A stretch of 64,000 bases of DNA from Hydrolagus colliei (Eukaryota), in NCBI GenBank assembly GCA_035084275.1, contig CM068745.1:5208001-5272000 (forward strand), given 5' to 3'. The notes beneath the pieces are model-generated. The model did not search any database, had not been told where the DNA came from, and saw only the letters and a program-made list of their open reading frames with translations. Numbering within the stretch: the stretch's first letter is position 1; each line of letters opens with the position of its first letter. Both the position numbers and the translations under genes were made by a program. Positions 25,916 through 39,578 of this stretch are shown in pieces.

Positions 25916-27627
25916 TTACGGAATCAACTTAACCTCATTTTTTATCTTCATCACATCAGGTTACAGGTGTGAATCACATCGAGCTTCTCATTTTCCCAAG
26001 GTCTGTTCAAACTCATTTGGGGGACAGTTTTAACAGTAATAATATCAGAAAAGTGACCTGCAGGCTTGGGGATTGTTTGTGATTGCTTATGACAATGCAC
26101 AATGATGAACACAACCAATTCAGAGGTTTGTTTTGACATTACTAGACTCATGTATAAGGTCAGAATGCTTTTGATGATAACAATGAGAATAGCACACTGT
26201 CCATGGGCATGAAAGCCAGTAAACACATTATTCAACAACTGTTTAATAACAATCTAAATACTTTTCTATGGCTTATTAGGTACTTGATCTTCCTCATTCA
26301 CATAAACCCAAGTTTCAGCGTTTAAAAGCCGATGTTAAATCACACTGAACGTTAGTCAAAATCTATAAATACAGACTATTCTTTGCATAGATTTTGATAT
26401 GTAGTGCACGCAAATTTTGATTTATATATATTTTTCAACGTTTGAACTAATTTGAAGAACAAATGGAATAAGACTTAAAATTTGATCCTGTACTACTTCA
26501 GCATGGTCTTGTATGTCTTTTGTCTTTTTATTTTTTTCAGCAATATTTCTTTCAGGATTAATGTTGCAATATTCTTTTTAGGTTGTAGATGAAATTTGTT
26601 CACTCGCTGAAAATCAGTTGATCTGAACATGAACATGGAACAACAACACATGGATTACAACAACTAAGTAAATAATTCAGAGATTTTATATTGTGCTTTT
26701 TAAAATAATTTTTCAATTATTCAGCAACTGTGAATTTTGTAGAATACAGCCTTTTCATGTCAACGAGGCATCAGAAAGCGCTTTGAATGATACCTTAAAG
26801 TGACTGTATGCAGTTTGTGGGTGAACATGACAACCAATTTGCTCACAGCAATGAAGTGAATGTCCAATTTTATCTAGGGATTGTTAACCAGAACCCTGGA
26901 AGAAACTCCCTTTTTCGAATAGTTCAAGGGCTCATTAACATTCACCTGAAGAATGGCACCTCTGACAATTAGCTCACCCCAGCACTGCACTGGTAAGTCA
27001 GTCATATTATTTAATGGGCACAAAGTCCCAACGTGAGGCTTGAATCCACAACCCTTGGTTGTTGCAATATCACTTGCTGTGCACTGTGCAAGGGTAGTAA
27101 TTGGAGTCCAAGTGGGTTTGTGGTTATAACTGAATCAGTGCTATAAAAGAAGTACATTATTGTGGGGCTGCACTCAGCGGGAGAAATTATTTGCATAATT
27201 TATAACCACTGTAACTTTCAACTATTGTCAGTAATTTTATCTACACATGTAAACATTGTTACAGGATTAAAACCACAACGTAACTGAAAAAACATGACGG
27301 AAGTGGTGTAGAATTCTTGAATGTTTGAGGATCAGGTGACAATTTCGCCTCATATATATATATCTACACATATATATGGAACTCCAGAGAGCAGGGGCAA
27401 AATGGCATTGGTGGGGCAGATGGGGTGAGGGGACATGAAGCAAGCTGGTGTTTTCTGGGCAAAGGGAAGAGCCGGATTGGGGGGTGTCAGAGATAGGGCA
27501 GGAATGAAAGACATAGATAAGTTTTTTTTACTGGGGAAAGAGTGAAGCACATGACTCAATGTCCATCCTCAGTCCCTCCCATGGTGGCCAAAGAAGGATC
27601 CAATCATCTTTCTGAACAACGAAACAC

Positions 27628-27990
27628 TGTCCTCACTTCTCCTCTGTCTCTTCCTCTTTTTAATTCTCTCTCTCTCACACACTCTCACCTCCCTCTCCTC
27701 CTCTGTCTTACTCACTCAATATCTCCCTCGATTACTTTCTCACTCCTCTCTCCTACACTCTCTCTTTCCCCTCACATTCTCTATGAATCACTCTCCCTGC
27801 TTCTCTCACTCACACTCTCTCTACCTCATCTCTCTCATGTACTCCCCTTGCACACACTCTCTCTCTCAATAACTCACTTCCCCTATCTCCTCATATTCTC
27901 TCTCCCCCTCTCTTAATCACTCTCTCTTCTCCTCTCCCCCTTTCTCGAAGACTCTCTCTCCCCCATTCTCTTGATCCTCCTTTCTCATCA
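27628..27990. repeat. CT-rich low-complexity tract
   Basis: Directly visible. Confidence 0.9.
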
Positions 27991-28499
27991 TCAGCGGTGG
28001 TGCCCTCAGCCACTACGCCCCAAAGCTCTGGAGCTCCCTTCCTCACTCCCTTCGCCTCGGCCCCTCTCTTCCTAACTTCAGGTCTCGGCTAAAGACTTTT
28101 CTGTTCAACCGCGCCTTCGGTCACCTTCATCCCCCTCCCCCTGTCTCGGGCATGGGATCTGTTATTGTGAAGTGCTCTGAGATGTCGGGCACTGTATAAA
28201 TCAAAGTTGTTCTTACGTCTCTCACACGCTCTTTCCCATCACACAATCTCCTCCCCTCTCTCCTTCTCACCCAATCATCTATGTGGTTCACTATGTACAG
28301 CGTCAGGAGCCAGTGCTCGCTGAGGACCTGGGGGATAAGGAATCACGCTTGCCTTCCCATCAGCTCGAGTATAGACTGCAGCAACAGGCAGCATTATTCC
28401 CACTCTCCTCGCTGCGTCCTCCCAACCACTAGCTCCTGTCGCCCCAGTTCGCCAGGGAGGGAGTGGACGGGAGGGAGTGGACGTTGGAATATTGGAAAT

Positions 28500-28568
28500 G
28501 GTCTCGGGCCACATTAAGATCAACTCTGGGCCGGGTGTGGCTCGCCAGCCACCTGTTGGACCACCCTG
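28500..28568. mobile_element. Possible single terminus of a hAT MITE
   Basis: gggccacatt...gggccgggtgtggctcgccagccacctgttggaccaccctg resembles Charlie-type ends; matching left end and TSD not found. Confidence 0.45.
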
Positions 28569-29282
28569 GCTTGTATGACCACATTTAATACTTCCTCGGG
28601 GCCGACACATTTTTTTATTTGACAGTCTAACAGCAGCTTTGGCAGCTCGCAAGGAAAAACAGAACGGAGTGACATTGGAGGAAATATCTCGCAAGAGCTC
28701 ACATCTGCAAAAGGAATGACTGACTTTTGCAAACGCAAACTCGGGAAACAAAGTCGATACGAAGGGAGTTTATTTTCGGTCGGCCAGATCACGGAAAAAT
28801 AAGTGAAACCCATCACCTTTATTACCGAAGACAAAATCAACCCAAACCACACTTGAGAGATCTGCATTCGAACTCCTTCCATGGAAAGTGCGCCCTCTCT
28901 CGGGATGTCTGCTCACCGCATTCTGGAGTATTTAGGCACTGATTGGCAAGTGTTTTGTGTCTACAGAGAGTGAGTTGGGATACTGCTGGAGTTTAACCAG
29001 CGGAAACTGCATAGTCTGTTAGTGAGATCACTGTCTATCAAGCTTCCTGACACCTGTTCAGCTAAAACCACTATCCCTTCCTGTTAGTGCTTTGCCTTCC
29101 AGGGGTATCAGGGGCTAAGTGGGAAAGAATCCTTGCCGCCAGTGATAGAAAGAGTGTAATCTCAATGTTTTCTGTTATTTACCCAAATAAACACAGTTGC
29201 CTCTATAATGTGAGTTAGAAGCACCAATTGTAAGACAGAATTCTTAAAATACAAAAGGAATTCCAAAGAGTGATACTTTTTA

Positions 29283-29471
<189 letters not shown>

Positions 29472-30862
29472 TTATAAAGGAGAATCAAGGTGCTTAAACA
29501 AATAGCTGTTAACACACATCTCTACAATGCAGTGGTCAAAACTATGAAAAATATTTCATTCTCAAAGTTACCAGCGGAGTGTTATTGTTTTGTTAACCTA
29601 TATGCAGAAAACACTTGTTGCATAATTTTGCCTTGAAGTCCGGATGCTATATTTCACTTCACGGCTATTTGTGGGGCACTGCTGTGGTCAAATTGACTAC
29701 CACATTTGCCCAATAGTCATTACACTTTACAGTAGAACCTGTGAAGAGTTTTTAGATGTCCCCTTGACTTAAAGGGATCTATATCAAATAAATGGAGTAT
29801 GATAGGGTTCAAGAGAGAGGTTTCTTTCCTTTTGGGACGTCCTCTTGATGTGAAAGGCGCTATACAAATGTAGTTTTATTGTTGTTTTTTTCAATGACAA
29901 AAAACCTATACTTCGTGTAGCATTATGTAGACGTCAGTTTGTAGCCTCTTGCTTCGGAGTCAGAGTGTTCTGTGTCCATGACCTACATCGGGACTTCCAC
30001 CTTACGTCATCACAATTGCCTATCAAATGCTTTTCATTTTGAAAATAACAATAGGAATTTGGAACTCTTGCAGGATAGCTCCATATTTTCTGCTTGACTA
30101 TCCCATTCTTTAAGGTAGTTCAAAATTTGAACAGTGCAATAACAACAAAATTACATTTGTACAGCGTCTTTCCCATCTGGAGTGCAGCCTCATTGTAACA
30201 CAGTAGTTGGGAGTCCATAAGATAAAATTATGTTAAATGTGGAGCGCATTGTGCCACTGACTCTCTTACTGATGGTCGTGGCACTAATCCTAAAAGAGAA
30301 CAGAATTTATCCCAGTGTCCTGGCCAACAATCCTCCAAATAAAATTTGTCATTCACTTCATGTGTGTTTATGGGACATTGCTGTGGGCAGAATTGGCTGC
30401 TGTATGCTGCACTATACCAGATGTTGTTAGGAATAATAATAATGTGTTTCAGTTTTCCGTGTGTTCAGATATAATATAGGAACACAGTGGAACTGTACTG
30501 TATTTTCTTTCCTTTTGGGCCAGCTTGCTGCCAAGTGTACATAGGTGCAGTTGGGTTCCTCAACATCAGCAGAAATAATAATAATAATAATAATTCTTGT
30601 AATCCAGAAGTGAGTGAGAGCAGCCTGCGACAGTATGTGCTCCATTCATAGCACACTTTGATTTTATGAACTTCCCAGTTACTGTGTTGCAATGAGGCTA
30701 TACTGGTCATGTTTTAAAGTACTTTTAAAATATTAAGAGAATTGTAGGCAGTCAGTCGGGACAGGCATGCAGACATGATAGGAGTTCCAAATTCTATTTT
30801 TTCCCCCCCAAAATTGGGAGGTACTGGATATGGAATCTTTTTATTAGTCATTTTATCAATCA

Positions 30863-31069
<207 letters not shown>

Positions 31070-32360
31070 TCATATATATGTGTTCAATGTAGAGAATTGT
31101 TATGTCATACCGCCATGATAAATAGCTACAAGCTACAAGAGCACTCTGTTAGTACTGCATTAAACTTTACTTAACAATGAAACAACTTGTGAACAAACAT
31201 TTCTTTCATTATTTATGGTTAACAAGAATAAAAATCCACCACAGCGGATAAATATGTCTTAACACATGAAAGGCTATCTTTCTTTGTTTAACATCAAGAG
31301 TGTATGTGCAGAACCTCTGAATCCGTTCTTAAGAATATCAACAGCTTCTGATTAATGTTCTGAGAAGTGATGAATATAAATAATGCGTTCTGTTCCACAT
31401 TGCTGTATGGCTAGAAGTGATATCAGTTCACTACAAGCAGAGGGAGTAATGCATTAAGGTGCCTGGTTATATGGTGCAATCTTGAAATAGATTTGTTTTG
31501 TAAAAAATACGATGTTTATATTCTTAGCCAACTGACTGTGATGTATTGGATTATTACAACTCAAATCAAAGAGCAATTCCTCTGTATGTTTCACAATTGT
31601 TCGATTTTCCACTCTCTCAAGACTCACCACTGTGGGTCCTATACATTTGTGGTACTATTTCCATCTGTATAGAAAGACTTATATTGATTAAGTAATTCCC
31701 AATTGTTTATCCTATTAATTTCCCAAAGAATGCGCAGTTGTTTTCCTGTTTCATTTCTTATTTCTCCCTAAAAAGAATGAGCACCATAGCCTTCTTTTCA
31801 TCTTCCTTCTAGATAATGTTTAACTGCATACCCATTATTGCAGATGCTTTATTTCACTCATAAAGTACACAATCCAATAAACCATGCATACGACTTACTG
31901 CCTGAGATTTAACAACTGCCTAATTAAAAATAAGAATAAAATCCAAAGACAATAGTTGAATCAATGGAAAGCAACTGGTTAATAATAAAATCATAATAAT
32001 AATAATGGAGCCCTAAAGAAGTCCAGTAAAAATGGTGGCTCACAAGTCAAAGAAACAAAACTGAACTGTAACTGGTACAAACACTGCTATATAATAACTG
32101 CGAAAAGAGCCAATTATTTCATAACAGATGGTGTAATTAGATGGTAAGTAAATGGGTAGGTTTATGGGGATAAACGTACAACGGTACTTCTCCCAACAAT
32201 ATTTATTAAACACAGAAAAAAAAATGCATTTATATTAAACAATAATGTGGATGACAGTTTACTCTAAACAAAGTGCAGAATAGAGTGTCAAAACATTTGA
32301 AGCTCTTCAAAGATTGAAATGAAGTCAAAATAACACAAACTAAATTTCTTAAATTCCTTA

Positions 32361-32582
<222 letters not shown>

Positions 32583-33149
32583 TTAAAAGAAATCTTTAGG
32601 AATGGAGCAATGTGCATAGCATCCGGTTACACACTCTTAATTTGTGGTTTGAACTTCTATTATATAAAAAAAACAAATGACAGAAAGTAATCAAATCGAG
32701 AACAATAAGGGTACAAGGAAGCAGAACATCAAAATGAGAGGTTGCCATCGGGGACAACTCTTGCAACCTTACACATAAATTAGATGATAAAATACCTTTT
32801 AAAAATCTTAAATGGACTCCTTCTGGGAGGTATTTGAACTCTTCAATCGAAGCATCTCAGTTTGTAAGATTACTTAAGTATTCATTAACTCGTGCTCTAA
32901 CCAGTTCAGATAACATCATAAACTGCGAAAGTAAAGTGTGAGCCATCCGTTAAAGACATCTCAAGTAGAAGATTAGTGGTGTTAATCATCACTTGAGCAT
33001 CAGTTGAGTTGTATAATAAAAAATGCCAAGATTTTCAAACTTCTGACTGCCTCAGTTATCCTTAAGCTTGAATGTCCTGCCATCTGAGCGGATTACTGCA
33101 AATATTTGTTCAATAAGCCAAGAAAAAGATTATTTAACTGATAAAACTC

Positions 33150-33710
33150 CAACTACAAGGAAGCATATAGATCTGAGCGCAGCTCAAAGAGTCAGATCTT
33201 GTTGGTAAAGTCAGTAACAAGATGGCTAAGATTGTTCCTGAAGAAAAGAAACATGTTTGTACAGTAGGTTTATAATATGGAATGCTTTACAACAAGTAGA
33301 AATGGAAGCGAAATCTATAATATTTCAAAAGGAATCCAAAGAGTATCTGAAGAGAAAATGTGTACAAGAAAAATGAATTGGAATTGGGTTATCCAACTAT
33401 AGTGGAACAGCTTGAAACATTAGCTCACTTTTTTTGGGAATCAGTCAGGTGTCCGAAATGGATCCTGCTTACCCAATTCCACAAGGTATTAGGCAGAGGT
33501 TGGCAAGAGCCAAGGCTCGAGTGTGCGTTGAAGCCCTCTAAAACTAGCTAAAACTCTTAAGATTTGCCATTGATATAGCCGATGGTATTGCTGTCCAGCA
33601 AGCTTTCCCGCTGTTTCTCCAGCTAGGAACGTCAGGGGTTTGCCTTGTAGGGTTAAGAGGAACTGATTGGGATGATTCCCACACCTTCTGTGCTATAATT
33701 TCAATGATTA
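33150..33710 (+). mobile_element. Highly degraded CR1 3' fragments
   Basis: CR1-like ORF2 end and ccttctgtgctataatttcaatgatt tail similar to 15040-15070. Confidence 0.5.
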
Positions 33711-34956
33711 ATAGACCTCGAGTAAAGGTAATGAAATAGCAAGATGGCTTCATGCACCGGAACTCCAAAGTAAGTTATTTCAGCCACAACACATTTGTGC
33801 TACTTAAGATGCTGAGCAGATACCAGGCAACTAACAGAGAGAGGAAATGCAAATACAATCCTAACACGGTGGCTTTTGCATTTAGAAAAAGATACAAGAG
33901 ATTTGAGATCAAGTCATTCACATTCTCAATGCAGGTAAAGTGTGGCAATCCAAGGAAATGGAAGCAAAGAAAACTGCACCAAAGAATGAAAAAGAAAGGG
34001 TTTTGTTTTGAACTATGGACTAACAACCAGTCAGACAGTGGTTATAATAACAACAGCTTCTGTTCTCATAGTTGTCATCGTGTAGGATAACACCATTATA
34101 AGGAAGGGTTGCAGGGAGAGCACGGGAGAGGAGAAGGGGAACATGACCATGGTTGAATAGGAAGGTTTCAAGGTGAGACTTAGATGGACCATGCCAGTCT
34201 CTGCCAGTATTAATCCCTCTAGGTTCTGTTGACATTTGGCCAGTTGCCAGATCGAGTCTTTTCAAGAGCCATCAGATAGACATCTTCCAGTATTGCCATT
34301 GACACTTCTTCCTACCTGAACCATTTCATTTGAACACAATAAGAGGAATAGCTATCATACATTACACTCTCATCATTTCTCTTTGCTCATATAGTTTTAA
34401 CCTAATTAAATTTCTGGATCTATCCCAAACTTCAATTTAACTTGATTAATAATTCACTGAATCTAAAAGAAAACCCTTTATTTCCTGTATACAATCACGT
34501 CAGACTCGATTTGTAATGTGAAAGTAATTTAATATTATTTTTTAAACAAAATAAGCTAAGCAAAACGTAATGTAAATACAGTATAAAGAGAAATTATGAA
34601 GATTATTTCCATACTCCTATTCTTTTAAAACCTGGAATACTAAAAGAATAAATTGCATAGGGATAAGGCAAATTCTCACAGGACAAACTCACAGGAAAAA
34701 TACCAGAGAACTGTAAAAAATAATAATACTCATTGCATTTGGCATACCACTTTATCATGCAATCCAAACATTTCAAATCACTTCACAGTATTATACTGAT
34801 GTGTAATGAGCGTATTTATGCAATGTGAAGAATTTGTATAATACCCTGCTCTTAAGAAGGTGTTGGTGTCAAACATAAGCAAAGTCCTTCACAGCATGCT
34901 ATCTGAAAGAAGTGCAAAGTTAAGTAAATCATAGTGTACACTCTAATGCTGTAGAG

Positions 34957-35314
34957 CAGTGATTCCCAACCTTGGGTCCTCACCCACATAAGAGTCACGG
35001 GGGTGCTCAGTAGGGTCGCGAGGGGTCATCAGAAATTTTTATATATTTTTGCTTTTTTTAAACGTTTAAAATGTTTTTTTAACGCTTAAAAAAAGCGCCC
35101 GAGGCGACACTGCTGATGAATTTGTGTGAAAGAGCGTCCACAAAAGAGACGGAGATAACGTTTTGGCAGAGCTGAGCTACAGATGCGATATCGCCCCCTA
35201 GAGTTGGGAGGACCTATTGGAGGCTAATTTAGGTTGCAGCAAAAAAAGTTTGGATCTCGAGAACCTGCTGGTGGTTAATTTGGGTCACAGCAAAAAAAAG
35301 GTTGAGAACCACTG
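34957..35314. mobile_element. hAT-Charlie-like MITE
   Basis: TIRs CAGTGATTCCCAACCT / AGGTTGAGAACCACTG; perfect 8-bp TSD CTGTAGAG (34949-34956, 35315-35322). Confidence 0.92.
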
Positions 35315-36356
35315 CTGTAGAGTATCAATTAAGCATGCCCTCAATGGAGTCTGTTTTTATTTGTGTTTATTTTCGCTTGTGTTTTGTGCTTTGCACAAAG
35401 AGCTTTAAAAGGCACAAAAAAATGATACAACTCATGATACATTTCATATTTAGCACACTGAAGAGGGCACCAGATCCCTTTCCCCACCCAATACCAATCT
35501 CAATGGATCCGTCTGTGATGCTGGCGTTGAAATTCTGGTTCTGTTTGCCACTTAGTGAGATACCAGGAACATTGACATTTTGTTTTGTAAAAGGACAGTG
35601 TCCTCACCAGTTGAACTCTGCCATCCATGAGCCAATACCACAGATATGGTTTCACATACTTCACTTTAGAAAATAGCCACATCCCATGTACCCTTATATC
35701 TGGGTATGTGTGATGTGGTAAATATGGAATGCACTGCATCTATAATGCAGTAATCTGTTCAGCAAATGACCATGAACGGCTATACAATTCATGAGCATCC
35801 AAAAGCAGTACTTTTGTGATGCTCTATATGTAGGTAGGCAAAGCGAGAGAGAAAGGGACCTCTTATTACCACAGTCGGTGCTCTGAGGAGCACTGGCAGA
35901 AGTTGCTGCCCTGCTCTCTTGCTTGTGTGCAAACTAGAGGCCAGGATAGGAGAAAATAACATGGAAAAAGAGGAGAAACCTGCCCCTATGGAGGTAGTGA
36001 TGAGACCATAGTTGAACAGCATTGCCAACATTTGCTGACAGCGCTCACACATGAATGATGGTCATTTGGGCAATTGTCAGCCATGGAGGAGAGGACAAAA
36101 AAGGAAAACAGTAACAAAATAACTGAGTTATCTCATGGAACAAACACCTGGATTATAATCCAGAATTTCATTCTATTCAACCGCTCAAATCCAAGCACAT
36201 CCTGCACAGTTTTCCTCATTTCAGTCCTACAGAACTTTCAATAAAATGCACCAGGAACAATTTAGTGATCAGACACACAATTGCTGAGGAACTTTCCACA
36301 TGCTAAATAAAGTACAGTACTGCATTTTTTGTTAATTACGAGAAGACTAAAAGTCA

Positions 36357-36467
<111 letters not shown>

Positions 36468-36649
36468 TTACATATAATAAATACAGTAAATACCACAATA
36501 AACAACTCTCTTTAGGATGAATCATGAGACAGCACAAGAGACAGCGGATCCTATTATTTCTTGGTTAATGAGGCATCTATAATCAATGCAGTGTTATTGC
36601 TGTACAGTATATCAAAAGTCCTGATGTATTAGGAGAATTCTGGTAACTA

Positions 36650-36840
36650 AATGCAAAATACTGCAGATGCTGGAAGTCTGAAACAAAAACAGAAGTCACT
36701 GGGATCACTCAGAAGGTCAGGCAGCATTTATTCATCAGTTCTGACAAAGGATCATGGATCCGAAACATTGACTCACTTTTGTTTCTCTATAGATGCTGCC
36801 TGACCAGCTGAGTGTTCCCAGCGACTTCTGTTTTTGTATC
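36650..36840. mobile_element. Penelope-like element terminal-repeat remnant in inverted (palindromic) arrangement
   Basis: 45-bp imperfect inverted arms 36683-36727 / 36793-36837; sequence matches the recalled shark repeat gatgctgcctgacc.gctgagtgtt.ccagc; central CTGA..A-stem-GAAAC motif. Confidence 0.7.
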
Positions 36841-39269
36841 TTAGTAACTGTTGTATTGGATTTCTTAAAGAACTGCTCAGACTTCTTACATTAGTGTTAT
36901 AATATCTTTCATATCAATATCTAAAATACTTAAGGGGTGAATGTATTCCGCATGTTCCACACTGGGTTTTTCATTGTGCTCATACCACACACTTGTGCTC
37001 AGATATTAAGCAGTGTTAGACATTGAAACAATTTTTTTTTCTTATTGGCACACAGAGAATTAGATTGAAAGGTAAACTCTAAAGATTTATAATTTTAGGT
37101 CAAGAGTAGGAACCAGGTTATTAGTTAACTAGTGGATCATGTTTCCGGAGCTAATAATCCCCAATAGAATAATAATACTAATTTGGTCACTCAATCTATG
37201 ACTATTTGTGGGACACTGCTGGGCACAATTGACTACCATGTTTCACAGTCACTACAATTTACAGTATATTCTGTGAAGTGCTTTGAGATGTCTCGAAGAC
37301 GTGATAAGGCACAATGTCAAATGCAAGGATTATTACTATTATTATTATAAAAGTGGCAGAAAATTTACACACAGCAAATGGCCATGAAGTGAATGAGTAA
37401 TTTTATCTAGAGGATTGTTGGCTGGGGAACTGGAAGAAACTCCCTTCTCCAAATTTCAAATAGTGCCATGGGAGTTTTAACATCCACCTTAACAGGGACC
37501 CCAGTTTAACATCCACTTCCAAAGTCCTCCGTTTAACATTTCACCTTCAATAATGCAATAGCCCCATAAAACTGCAGTGGGGTGGCAGCCCAGCCCCTTT
37601 TTGGTTGGCCAACAAAATAAATGTTTCTTAAGCGAAGACATACATTTATGCTATTTTGTTATTTCTATGATTATTTTGTGGACCAACTGAAACAATCATA
37701 GTAATGCGTAGTAAGTGTATTTCCACATTTTCCTTCATGCCAACCCTTCCCCATCTAATAAGACTGCTCTTCAAATGTAGGATAAATACAAAGAGACTGG
37801 AAAACACTCCATCATAAAGCTGTACCAAATTGGCCAGGCCACCTGACAAGCAGCACGCAGAGGAGAAATACTCCTGGCAGCAGCTTTACTAATTTTAGTT
37901 GGAGATACATTAGTTATTTCCGTTCAAGAAGCTTACAATCCTTAACTGAAATAAGCTCTCAGAGCAAAGGGCAGCAGACGGTTTTCTAATTTAAAGTAAT
38001 ATTTTATGGATGTTTTCATCTATTTAAGGACTAAGTTTTGCAGGGCCATTGTTCCTTTTAGGTCTTCAGTGATTAGTTGAATGAAAGGGCTTCATTCTCT
38101 GCAAACTGCACAAAATGTGCTTCACGTCTGTATAATGAAGCTTCCTTTCTAACAGGCTTCTTTGGGAAGGAGAAACAGTTAGAATAACGAATGGAAATGC
38201 AAAAGAATGCTCAAATACCACTCTAAAAATGATTGGTTATACTCAAAAAAATCTAATTATTGTAAACTGAAATTGGACTCAGGATTCCAGAAACTTTCAG
38301 CCCAAATGAAATGTTCTAAAACATCATTGGTTTTCATGACATTTATCAAAAAGCTGAACACAATGTATTTTATTGTAAGAATGTTCCTTTACCATTCTAT
38401 CCCACTGACTGGCGGTGAGAAAATTATATTATTCAAGAAATATACTTGGGGTACTCAAAGAAGACTTGTCAAGAATCTTGCAATTAACGTAAAATAAAAA
38501 ATGCAAAATATTTTAGAGGGTAATTTCTGCTTGCACTATTATTAATAGAAAACAGCCGCTCTGCACAACATGCCCTAGGGAACGATTTGTGCAGTTCATC
38601 TCAACTCTTCCCGTAGAGATAAAACAAGCTGACTCGGCCCATGCTTGAGTGGTAAATCATCAGTTTGTCACCAGACTTTGAGAGGCCCATTTTATTTGAG
38701 CAGTGCTGATAATTTGTCCAGGAGATTACTTGATTCTTATGGTTCTCTGAGCCTATTTCCTAGAGAAGATGAGCCAACAACCAACTTAGCCTGAAGGCTA
38801 ACCAGATGAAATGGGAGCCAAGAAGTGTAACGATGTTATATCTCAATCTATGCACTGGTATCAGCACAACAGTATTAAGAGGAAGCTGATAGAGACCAAG
38901 AATAATTTTTGAGGGTGTCCTTCTAGTTTCATAGTATATCATTATCTCCTCTGTACAATTAGGAACATTTATGCCTTTTCAATATTGGTTTCCCTAGCTC
39001 AAATGCTGTATTTTGTTGAGTATAAATAAGCTTGCATTTTCCTTGAGAAGGTCCCACTTGTCAAACAACAAGTATTTTTCTAGCATCGATGAAGCAGGAT
39101 AAAGAGATGTCTGACAGACCACCATTCTGCTTTTGATAGTTTTGTTCAGTTTGTATTTTGTTTCTGAATTTGGATACAGGCTAGCTGAAGACTACAAGGG
39201 AAAAGAATACCATTTCTGCTGTGGTACTGAGTGGAATCCAATTTGTAATACCTCTCTGATCTCCTCTCT

Positions 39270-39578
39270 CCCCAAACCAGCACCTGCTGCCTTCACTCCA
39301 CCGGGTCTGGCCTCCTCCATGTCCCACGAATCCCCCGCTCCACCCTCGGCGGCTGTGCCTTCAGTCACTACGCCCCAAGGCTCTGGAACTCCCTTCCTCA
39401 CTCCCTTCGCCTCGCCTCCGCTCTTCCCAGTTTCAGGTCACAGCCTTTCTCTTCGACCGCGCCTTTGGTCACTTTTCTACCCCTGCCCCTGGCTCGGTCC
39501 CGGGATCCGTTACTGTGAAGCGCTCTGAGACACCGTCCGGCGTGGAGGGCGCTATATAAATCAAAGTTGTTGTTGTTG
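39270..39578 (+). mobile_element. L2 LINE 3' fragment (family-A tail); related copies at 27990-28210(+), 19967-20090(-), 12230-12545(+), 63560-63850(+)
   Basis: gccttcagtcactacgccccaaggctctggaactcccttcc...gtgaagcgctctgagacaccgtccggcgtggagggcgctatataaatcaaag(ttg)n. Confidence 0.85.

Noticed and set aside
28275-28942. Overlapping 120-158 aa ORFs in a TMEM135 intron
   Set aside because: No recognisable domain; overlap GC-rich transposon-like sequence; no consistent splice structure
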